From the IMG/VR virus record IMGVR_UViG_2563366935_000009: a DNA stretch of 5,809 bases; one strand, written 5' to 3'. This document shows positions 1 to 5,551 of the stretch, one piece after another (the first letter of the stretch is position 1; the number at the start of each line of letters is the position of its first letter). The notes under the pieces were generated by a model that was given only the letters and a program-made list of their open reading frames with translations, ran no database searches and was not told the origin of the DNA. A program made the translations under genes and the position numbers. The stretch is from a virus. Lineage: Duplodnaviria > Heunggongvirae > Uroviricota > Caudoviricetes.

Positions 1-153
1 AACCCAGACACGCAGAGTCTCTGGCGTACAGCCAATCTTTGGAGCAATGGAACAAATTGCCGCCCATTGTGAGTGATATTCGCCCTGACTTTCCAGAACC
101 ATACGAACTGCCCGTTGACGGACTTCGGGGGAAAAACGAGTATTTTTAGTCAT
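1..153 (-). CDS. IS3-family transposase OrfA, N-terminal 51 codons (partial; continues beyond the window)
   Basis: The - strand ATG at 153-151 opens a frame reading [51 protein letters not shown], which is the helix-turn-helix N-terminus characteristic of IS3-group OrfA proteins. The frame is open to position 1. Confidence 0.75.
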   Translation of the reverse strand, partial: MTKNTRFSPEVRQRAVRMVLESQGEYHSQWAAICSIAPKIGCTPETLRVWV

Positions 154-207
154 CCTGTTTACCTCTTTCTCAGGAAGTTTAGTCTCCAGGATTTCCGGGG
201 CGGTTCA
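1..207 (-). mobile_element. End of an IS3-family insertion sequence (IS629/IS1203-like), truncated by the window edge; the element terminus is at about 207
   Basis: The reverse complement of 154-207 reads TGAACCGCCCCGGAAATCCTGGAGACTAAACTTCCTGAGAAAGAGGTAAACAGG and is followed directly by the orfA ATG. The terminal TGA... end and the 50-60 bp leader before orfA are typical of IS3-family left ends. The IS629 assignment is from memory, not a search. Confidence 0.7.
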
Positions 208-474
208 CTTTAACATTGATGGGATTGTCCCGCCGAAATGCGGGAACCAAAGAGTAGTTGGCTTTGGGGTGACGTGAAGTGCAGCTGCACGACGGCAACC
301 GGAAGATAAGCACCCGGCGCGTCACCGCCAAAGTCAATTCCATAGGCGTTATGCAGCCGCCACCATATTCAAGAAAGCTGCACAAGAGGTAGGAGGATTT
401 ATGTGAATGCATAACTTCAAAACCGAGGTTAATTAAATCTCTCGATCCGAGCATCGACCTATTAGGTGGCGAGA

Positions 475-503
475 TGCTCTTTCTGCCCCTCAGTTCGAGG
501 GGC
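475..503 (+). promoter_or_regulatory. Candidate nutL site: boxA-like TGCTCTTT (475-482) followed by a boxB-like hairpin (485-503)
   Basis: TGCTCTTT matches the boxA consensus (rrn-type TGCTCTTT, lambda CGCTCTTA). The hairpin is GCCCCTC-AGTTC-GAGGGGC (7-bp stem, 5-nt loop) with no downstream T-tract, so it is not a terminator. It lies 56 bp upstream of the N-like ATG. The boxA-boxB spacing (2 nt) is shorter than in lambda. Confidence 0.4.
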
Positions 504-558
504 CAGAAACCACTTTGCAATCACTATCAATTCCAAAGTTGTTTCATCGGAGGTCAAC

Positions 559-858
559 ATGACAGTAGTCATTACATATCTGGCTGACGATAACGCCAGA
601 AATCGCCGCAGAGCACGCAGACAGGCTCAACGTGAACAGGCGATGCAAGAACAGCGACTGGCGCGAAAAATTGCGCTAAAGCTCTCTGGTTGCGTCAGAG
701 CGGATAAAGCAGCATCACTCGGAATCCTTCGCTGCAAGAAGGCAGATGAAGTCGAGAGTAAACAGAATCGTATTTACTACCGCAAGCCACGCAGTGAAAT
801 GGGTGTGACTTGTGTTGGTCGCCAGAAAATGAAATTAGGCAGCAAACCACTTATTTGA
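559..858 (+). CDS. N: N-like transcription antitermination protein (99 aa)
   Basis: RBS GGAGG at 549-553, then ATG 559. There is an N-terminal arginine-rich motif (NARNRRRARRQAQREQ). The C-terminus RIYYRKPRSEMGVTCVGRQKMKLGSKPLI closely parallels the lambda N C-terminus as I recall it (RTWYSKPGERGITCSGRQKIKGKSIPLI). The track ORF 466..858 is an upstream extension with no RBS. Confidence 0.75.
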   Translation: MTVVITYLADDNARNRRRARRQAQREQAMQEQRLARKIALKLSGCVRADKAASLGILRCKKADEVESKQNRIYYRKPRSEMGVTCVGRQKMKLGSKPLI

Positions 859-866
859 GGTGATAT

Positions 867-1337
867 ATGACAAAATCATGGAGCGTACCTTTTCCTGAAT
901 CAGAAACTGAACATGATGGAATGCCTGTTTTCTGGAGATTCCAAGCGACAGTTGAAGAAGATGGAATCAAAATATTCGCACTTCAATATATAGCTTTTCA
1001 TCAGACAGAGCATTATGCATGGTTGGTTCCTGCGCATTGGATTGTTAATTTTAAACCAGCACCAAATCAGTGGTTACAGGAATGGAAACAAAGGAGAAAT
1101 AGATATGCAATTAAGAAAGTAGCAAAAAATGCAGAAAGATCTTTTGCATTCCCGACGAAGAAACTTGCCATTGAAAGTTTATTGCGCCGGAAGAAATACC
1201 ATTTGATGAGAATCAAACAAGATTTGGCTGTTGTATCAACTCTTGTTGATGGGATGAAGAATATTGATACATCAACACCAGGTATTGAATATAACTTTGG
1301 ACACAACCAAGAAACAGAAAACTGGGTGTTTTATTAG
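867..1337 (+). CDS. Hypothetical protein (156 aa), encoded in an AT-rich segment
   Basis: RBS GAGGTGA at 857-863, ATG 867, stop TAG 1335-1337. The region is markedly more AT-rich than its flanks. The C-terminal half is Lys/Arg-rich. I recognise no family. It occupies the slot between N and cIII that holds ral/sieB-type accessory genes in lambda. Confidence 0.65.
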   Translation: MTKSWSVPFPESETEHDGMPVFWRFQATVEEDGIKIFALQYIAFHQTEHYAWLVPAHWIVNFKPAPNQWLQEWKQRRNRYAIKKVAKNAERSFAFPTKKLAIESLLRRKKYHLMRIKQDLAVVSTLVDGMKNIDTSTPGIEYNFGHNQETENWVFY

Positions 1338-1350
1338 TACGAATAAGCAC

Positions 1351-1379
1351 TGTGTATTCATTCCAACGAGTGAATACAC
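1351..1379 (+). repeat. Perfect 9-bp inverted repeat (GTGTATTCA / TGAATACAC) around a 10-nt spacer
   Basis: Read directly: 1352-1360 GTGTATTCA and 1371-1379 TGAATACAC. There is no T-tract after it, so it is not a canonical intrinsic terminator. Confidence 0.5.
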
Positions 1380-1441
1380 GGAGCAATGTCGCTCGTAACT
1401 AAACAGGAGCCGACTTGTTCTGATTATTGGAAATCTTCTTT

Positions 1442-1467
1442 GCCCTCCAGTGTGAGGGCTTTTTTAT
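1442..1467 (+). terminator. Rho-independent terminator (tL-like), first of a tandem pair
   Basis: GCCCTC (1442-1447), loop CAGTGT, GAGGGC (1454-1459), followed by TTTTTTAT. Confidence 0.65.
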
Positions 1468-1479
1468 ATGCATACCAAT

Positions 1480-1507
1480 AACGCTTCACTCGAGGCGTTT
1501 TCGTTAT
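1480..1507 (+). terminator. Second hairpin with a U-rich tail (weaker terminator)
   Basis: AACGCTTC / GAGGCGTT stem (8 bp with one G-U pair), ACTC tetraloop, followed by TTCGTTAT. It lies immediately upstream of the cIII-like RBS. Confidence 0.4.
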
Positions 1508-1531
1508 GCAATCAAACAGAAGGAGCATCCT

Positions 1532-1702
1532 ATGCAACAGTTCGCTATTGCAGGGGCGGCATCGGTTCGCCCTTTCAACCCGATTTTATCGGTACAGCAT
1601 TCACGAAAAAACATTTTAACCGGAGCAGACTTTAAACAACCAAGAATGAAAAGCTTGCTCGAAAAGCTTTGGGATATTTTGAAACAACAAGGCCGTCCAT
1701 GA
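1532..1702 (+). CDS. cIII: cIII-like small protein (56 aa), a putative FtsH-inhibitor family member
   Basis: RBS AGGAG at 1521-1525, ATG 1532. The N-terminus MQQFAIAG and the segment SLLEKLWDILKQQG resemble lambda CIII (MQYAIAG ... SLLERITRKLRDGWKRLIDILNQPG, from memory). Its position after N and the tL terminators matches lambda cIII. Confidence 0.5.
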   Translation: MQQFAIAGAASVRPFNPILSVQHSRKNILTGADFKQPRMKSLLEKLWDILKQQGRP

Positions 1703-1857
1703 GTTTTACGGATAACTGGTCAGACGAAGAATTCATTCGTCAGATAAAAGAATTAATCGGTAACGAAGGAGATATTCATGTCACTTGCAACCACAGTGAA
1801 GGAGAGCAAGTTACAGAGACGCATGTACACGCAGAAAGCTCTCTGGTATCGCCATAA
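1699..1857 (+). CDS. Small strongly acidic hypothetical protein (52 aa), in the kil/gam-equivalent position
   Basis: ATG 1699 overlaps the cIII-like stop (ATGA). The product MSFTDNWSDEEFIRQIKELIGNEGDIHVTCNHSEGEQVTETHVHAESSLVSP has about 11 acidic and 2 basic residues. There is no strong RBS; translational coupling is likely. Confidence 0.45.
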   Translation: MSFTDNWSDEEFIRQIKELIGNEGDIHVTCNHSEGEQVTETHVHAESSLVSP

Positions 1858-1958
1858 TGGTGACCGCGAAGGAATGCGGGTATGCCTTAATTTGTCCCGA
1901 GTCGAAGTATTAAATCAGCGTTATTTCCTTGGGCCGTGTCCATTCTGAGAGCAATCAT

Positions 1959-2564
1959 ATGAGCAAAGAATTTTACGCAAGACTGGCAGCTATTCAGGAG
2001 AATCTGAACGCGCCAAAGAATCAGTACAACTCATTCGGCAAATATAAATACAGAAGCTGCGAAGATATTCTTGAAGGCGTTAAGCCGTTACTGAACGGTC
2101 TGTTTTTATCAATCAGCGATGAAGTTGTGTTGATTGGTGATCGGTATTACGTGAAAGCCACGGCAACTATTACCGATGGCGAAAACAGTCATACGGCAAC
2201 CGCTCTTGCACGAGAGGAAGAAAGCAAGAAAGGAATGGATTCTGCACAAGTTACGGGAGCTACAAGCTCTTATGCACGCAAGTATTGCCTCAATGGTTTG
2301 TTCGGCATTGATGATGCGAAAGATGCAGATACAGACGAGCATAAACATCAGCAGAACGCAGCAGCAAAGCAATCAAAACCATCACTTACACCTGAACAGG
2401 TTCTAAAAGCATTCACTGACGCAGCAATGCAGAAAAACACCGTAGAAGAGCTTAAACAGGCGTTCGCCAAAGCGTGGAAGATGCTCGAAGGGACGCCGGA
2501 GCAGCACAAAGCGCAGGACGTTTACAACATCAGACGAGACGAATTAGAAGGGGCAACTGCTTAA
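1959..2564 (+). CDS. erf: Erf-family single-strand annealing recombinase (201 aa)
   Basis: The translation from ATG 1959 (MSKEFYARLAAIQENLNAPKNQYNSFGKYKYRSCEDILEGVKPLLNGL ... SSYARKYCLNGLFGIDD) matches the P22 Erf sequence as I recall it almost residue for residue at the N-terminus. The track start at 1929 is a TTG extension. Confidence 0.85.
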   Translation: MSKEFYARLAAIQENLNAPKNQYNSFGKYKYRSCEDILEGVKPLLNGLFLSISDEVVLIGDRYYVKATATITDGENSHTATALAREEESKKGMDSAQVTGATSSYARKYCLNGLFGIDDAKDADTDEHKHQQNAAAKQSKPSLTPEQVLKAFTDAAMQKNTVEELKQAFAKAWKMLEGTPEQHKAQDVYNIRRDELEGATA

Positions 2565-2947
2565 TGGCACATTCGATTACAGTAAGACTAAACAAACCCG
2601 CAAGAGAGTTTCAGGGCGGGGAAAATATCGGATTCAACATCCGTGCTGGCGTTCAGTATTACGATCGCCAGACAAAAAAGAAAGAATGGACAAACTACAG
2701 CGCCGTTGTATTTGCCAAGCCGGGAGCGCAAGCGGATTACTATCGTAGCGTTCTGGTTGAAGGAGGCATTGTAGAAATTACCGGAGAAAACATCAGGGTT
2801 GATGTTTATCAGGGGCAAAATGGTCAATCAATCACTCTTGAATTACTGAATGCAAAGATTGGATTTGCAACTTCAGGAAACAGCCAACAGCAGCAAAGTA
2901 GCAATCATCAAAATAATCCTGAATACGACGATTCCATCCCATTCTGA
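2564..2947 (+). CDS. ssb: SSB-like single-stranded DNA-binding protein (127 aa) with an acidic C-terminal tail
   Basis: ATG 2564 overlaps the erf stop (TAATG). The OB-fold-like core (EWTNYSAVVFAK ... GGIVEITGENIRVDVYQGQNGQSITLELL) is followed by a Gln/Ser-rich linker and a C-terminal PEYDDSIPF, resembling the E. coli SSB tail DDDIPF. Confidence 0.65.
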   Translation: MAHSITVRLNKPAREFQGGENIGFNIRAGVQYYDRQTKKKEWTNYSAVVFAKPGAQADYYRSVLVEGGIVEITGENIRVDVYQGQNGQSITLELLNAKIGFATSGNSQQQQSSNHQNNPEYDDSIPF

Positions 2948-2970
2948 TTTAGAAAAATAAGGATTTAATT

Positions 2971-3267
2971 ATGCCAGCGCCTTTGTATGGTGCGGATGAC
3001 CCGCGCCGCTGTTCCGGCAATTCCGTATCGGAGGTGCTGGATAAATTCAGAAAAAACTACGATCGAATAATGTCTCTACCGCAGGAAACGAAAGAGGAAA
3101 AGGAATTTCGCCACTGTATATGGCTTGCAGAGAAAGAAGAACGCGAGCGAATTTACCAGACATCAATCCGACCATTCCGCAAAGCCACATATACCCACTT
3201 CCCTGAATATATCGACCCGCGCCTGCGTAATTACCGCTCACGCTATGGCGCTATCAGTAATGACTGA
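2971..3267 (+). CDS. Hypothetical basic protein (98 aa); positional candidate for an Abc2-like anti-RecBCD function
   Basis: RBS AAGGA at 2959-2963, ATG 2971. Directly downstream of the erf-ssb module, where P22 carries abc2. The product is proline-containing and basic. The family assignment is not verified. Confidence 0.55.
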   Translation: MPAPLYGADDPRRCSGNSVSEVLDKFRKNYDRIMSLPQETKEEKEFRHCIWLAEKEERERIYQTSIRPFRKATYTHFPEYIDPRLRNYRSRYGAISND

Positions 3268-3361
3268 GGAATTTACCATGAGAGGACTTGCTTAAGAGAA
3301 AGAGTTTCGGTTCTGTTAATGACAACAAATATCTGAATGCGATGTGGCGGAGTGGGAAGAA

Positions 3362-3880
3362 ATGAAACAAATGTCACTAATTGAGATGGATGGTTTTCTG
3401 AAAGGTAAATGCATCCCAAGTGATTTAAAGGTTAACGAAACAAACGCTGAATACCTTGTCCGTAAGTTCGGTGAACTTGAATCAAAACTGGAAACGGCGT
3501 TGCGGGAGTGTAGTTCTGCTGGAATCACGATTGATAACCTTGAGGCTAAATGCGCGAAGATGGCTGCTGAAAATACCTCACTTAAGCAATCTGAGAAGGA
3601 ATTTAATGACTTTTGTCGTGAGGAGTTTAGCGAATGGGAAGATGATGTTACTGAAACCCCAGCCACCGATGCTTTTCTGGCTGAAGTGCGGGCGCAGGGG
3701 GTGGATGCTGCTATAGAAGCTGCAAAAAATCTGGTGGCCCAAGAATATGAGTATAAGGATTTCAAAGCGGCGCAGAGTGATTGCTGTATGCACCCTGGTT
3801 CAGACCTGGTAGGGAAGGTTGAAATGACTGAGTGGTTAGTTGACTTTGCTGCCCAGCTTCGCAAAGGAGGCAACCAGTGA
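3362..3880 (+). CDS. Coiled-coil hypothetical protein (172 aa), Ea22-like by composition and position
   Basis: GGAG at 3349-3352, ATG 3362 (an in-frame GTG at 3344 is an alternative). The product is Glu/Ala/Lys-rich with heptad-like segments (LESKLETALREC, NLEAKCAKMAAENTSLKQSEKE). The stop overlaps the next start (GTGA). Confidence 0.6.
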   Translation: MKQMSLIEMDGFLKGKCIPSDLKVNETNAEYLVRKFGELESKLETALRECSSAGITIDNLEAKCAKMAAENTSLKQSEKEFNDFCREEFSEWEDDVTETPATDAFLAEVRAQGVDAAIEAAKNLVAQEYEYKDFKAAQSDCCMHPGSDLVGKVEMTEWLVDFAAQLRKGGNQ

Positions 3881-4176
3881 CTGTATGTCTTATTGATAAA
3901 CGTCGACGTGGGCAACAAATACCATCTGTTGAAATGCCGAATCACACATGGTTTTGCGTACTTGATATCGATGGTATGGATACGTTGGTTGACACTCGTC
4001 ATTACTGCGATACCGCAACAGCTACTCCGGCGAAAGCAAAGAAAATGGCTGCTCTGATAGAAAACTGGACTCCACCTGATGGTTGGTGCAATGGGAATGA
4101 TCGAGATTGGCACGAAAAAATGAAGGGCTATATCTGCGATTTTTTACGTAAATGCAACGGCTTCAGGGGGATGTGA
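3877..4176 (+). CDS. Hypothetical protein (99 aa)
   Basis: AGGAGG at 3864-3869, then GTG 3877 overlapping the upstream stop. Stop TGA 4174-4176. I recognise no family. Confidence 0.5.
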   Translation: MTVCLIDKRRRGQQIPSVEMPNHTWFCVLDIDGMDTLVDTRHYCDTATATPAKAKKMAALIENWTPPDGWCNGNDRDWHEKMKGYICDFLRKCNGFRGM

Positions 4177-4177
4177 T

Positions 4178-4750
4178 ATGACCAAAATTAACTATCAGGC
4201 ACTGCGTGAGGCGGCAGAACGTGCAATTCCGGCAATGGAACGCCTGTTAATGTTGCCAGTTGATGATGATTTGTTAAGTGAACAGGAACTTAAGGATTAC
4301 GGTGTGGATATTGATGCGCTCAACGCCTTCAAATTTCTGACCGGACCAGAAACCGTGCTGGCGCTGCTGGATGAACGGGAAAGAAACCAGCAATACATCA
4401 AACGCCGCGACCAGGAGAACGAGGAAATTGCGCTAACGGTAGGGAAGCTGCGCGTTGAGCTGGAAGCTGCAGAGAAGCGCATTGCAGAACTGGAAGCCGA
4501 ACCTGTAAGCCAAACTTACAAGTTGAACGAGCTGTCGGGCAACTATCCGGTAACTCCGGATGGTTGGATAAGCTGTAGTGAGCGAATGCCCGCTCAAGAT
4601 GATTGGATTTTAATTTATTCAAAGCACGGCGAGTATATGGCAGGACAGGTACAAGGGGAATACGTGGAGTTGAGCGACGGCACTTTATCGTGGTTAGGGA
4701 ACGCCTTGTACTGGATGCCTCTACCGGAACCGCCGCAGGAGGTTAATTGA
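4178..4750 (+). CDS. Phage protein with an N-terminal coiled coil and a C-terminal DUF551 domain (190 aa)
   Basis: AGGGGG at 4165-4170, ATG 4178. The C-terminus DGWISCSERMPAQDDWILIYSKHGEYMAGQ ... LYWMPLPEPP has the DUF551 signature (W..... ERLP ... WMPLPEPP). The N-terminus resembles Ea22-like coiled-coil proteins. Confidence 0.7.
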   Translation: MTKINYQALREAAERAIPAMERLLMLPVDDDLLSEQELKDYGVDIDALNAFKFLTGPETVLALLDERERNQQYIKRRDQENEEIALTVGKLRVELEAAEKRIAELEAEPVSQTYKLNELSGNYPVTPDGWISCSERMPAQDDWILIYSKHGEYMAGQVQGEYVELSDGTLSWLGNALYWMPLPEPPQEVN

Positions 4751-5034
4751 TGGTCTCCTTCGCGAAATATACGATTATTGACTGGATAGCATTCATTCAG
4801 GTTTTGCTCATCTGGTTTTATATGGCTTACAGGAGTGGACAGTGGATTGTCAGTGTAGCCTGTAGCAATGGATGGCGTTGGTGGAACCGAAAGAATAAAA
4901 AAGCGCTGGCCTTGGCTTCGTTTTACGAAGCATTCAATCTTAACAGTCTTCAGCCTGGTTCTGTCGTTGTAGTCACCACTCAAAGCGGCATGACGATACA
5001 AATTCACAAGCCAAAGGAGGAAGGTCGTGGCTAA
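4750..5034 (+). CDS. Small predicted single-pass membrane protein (94 aa)
   Basis: AGGAGG at 4737-4742, ATG 4750 overlapping the upstream stop (TGATG). Hydrophobic segment YTIIDWIAFIQVLLIWFYMAY, followed by basic RWWNRKNKK. The 3' end overlaps the next gene by 8 nt. Confidence 0.55.
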   Translation: MVSFAKYTIIDWIAFIQVLLIWFYMAYRSGQWIVSVACSNGWRWWNRKNKKALALASFYEAFNLNSLQPGSVVVVTTQSGMTIQIHKPKEEGRG

Positions 5035-5311
5035 CCTGCAACTTGCCGTTAAAGGTGAATACTTCGATGCCATGATTCGCGGAGAGAAAACGGAAGAGTA
5101 TCGCCTGTGTAATGACTACTGGAATAAGCGAATTATGTTCCGCGAGTATGACCGCCTGATTATCACAAAGGGATATCCGAAGCGCGACGATTCCAGCCGC
5201 AGAATTGACGTCCCGTATGACGGATATGAAATCAAGACAATCACACATCCGCACTTCGGCGATAAACCGGTAAAGGTGTTCGCTATAAAGGTGAATATCG
5301 ACAATGAATGA
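5027..5311 (+). CDS. ASCH/PUA-like fold protein (94 aa), tentative (DUF3850-like)
   Basis: AAGGAGG at 5014-5020, then GTG 5027. The N-terminal pattern LQLAVKGEYFDAMIRGEKTEEYRL ... YDRLIITKGY resembles the beta-barrel signature of ASCH-type domains (from memory of HELKI.PEYFEAV.SGKKTFEIR ... GD.L.L). Confidence 0.5.
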   Translation: MANLQLAVKGEYFDAMIRGEKTEEYRLCNDYWNKRIMFREYDRLIITKGYPKRDDSSRRIDVPYDGYEIKTITHPHFGDKPVKVFAIKVNIDNE

Positions 5312-5315
5312 TAAT

Positions 5316-5342
5316 CCTCGCACTCGCGGGGATTTCTTTTAT
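5316..5342 (+). terminator. Rho-independent terminator, first of a tandem pair downstream of the ASCH-like gene
   Basis: CCTCGC (5316-5321), ACTC loop, GCGGGG (5326-5331), followed by ATTTCTTTTAT. Confidence 0.5.
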
Positions 5343-5347
5343 CTGAA

Positions 5348-5370
5348 CTCGCTACGGCGGGTTTTGTTTT
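5348..5370 (+). terminator. Second terminator-like hairpin with a UNCG-type loop
   Basis: CTCGC (5348-5352), TACG loop, GCGGG (5357-5361), followed by TTTTGTTTT. Confidence 0.5.
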
Positions 5371-5383
5371 ATGGAGATGATAA

Positions 5384-5551
5384 ATGCACTTCCGAGTCAC
5401 AGGTGAATGGAATGGAGAGCCATTCAACAGAGTTATCGAAGCAGAGAACATCAACGACTGCTATGACCACTGGATGCTGTGGGCGCAGATAGCACATGCA
5501 GACGTAACTAATATTCGAATTGAAGAACTGAAAGAACACCAAGCCGCCTGA
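5384..5551 (+). CDS. Small hypothetical protein (55 aa), not in the supplied ORF track
   Basis: GGAG at 5373-5376, 7-nt spacer, ATG 5384. The product is MHFRVTGEWNGEPFNRVIEAENINDCYDHWMLWAQIAHADVTNIRIEELKEHQAA. The stop TGA 5549-5551 sits in the loop of the downstream terminator. Confidence 0.45.
   Translation: MHFRVTGEWNGEPFNRVIEAENINDCYDHWMLWAQIAHADVTNIRIEELKEHQAA

Noticed and set aside
208-470. A lambda-type pL promoter
   Set aside because: No -35/-10 pair with acceptable spacing could be found by eye, so no promoter is called. It may lie here in weak form or have been displaced by the IS insertion.
179-520. 113-aa ORF on the - strand
   Set aside because: It runs across the IS terminus at about 207 and over the candidate nut site, so the frame is a chimera of IS and phage sequence. 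It has no RBS.
466-858. N-terminal extensions offered by the ORF track (466 for N, 1427 for the cIII-like gene, 1669 for the acidic gene, 1929 for erf, 2474 for ssb, 4747 for the membrane protein)
   Set aside because: These are non-ATG or RBS-less upstream starts. In each case an internal ATG or GTG with a Shine-Dalgarno sequence, and often start-stop overlap with the upstream gene, gives a better model.
1857-1913. 18-codon ORF in the 100-bp gap before erf
   Set aside because: Too short, no RBS, and no recognisable similarity. A P22 arf-like gene would be expected to be larger and have a start signal.
1067-3793. Internal or antisense small ORFs (1067..1306 -, 2109..2372 -, 2176..2406 +, 2588..2827 -, 3047..3241 -, 3456..3716 +, 3578..3793 -, 4297..4482 -, 4398..4622 -)
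   Set aside because: Each lies entirely within a better-supported gene in another frame or strand. None has a recognisable motif or an RBS.
3316-4113. Longest ORF in the window: 265 aa on the - strand
   Set aside because: It is antisense to three tightly coupled + strand genes that have RBSs. The product is Ser-rich and low-complexity, as expected from the reverse complement of GAA/GAG-rich coiled-coil coding sequence. It has no RBS.
5304-5492. 62-aa ORF on the + strand (MNDNPRTRGDFF...)
   Set aside because: It overlaps the tandem terminators and is in a different frame from the 55-aa ORF at 5384-5551, which has a proper RBS. Its composition is odd (C-terminal CCGRR) and its ATG lies inside the upstream gene.
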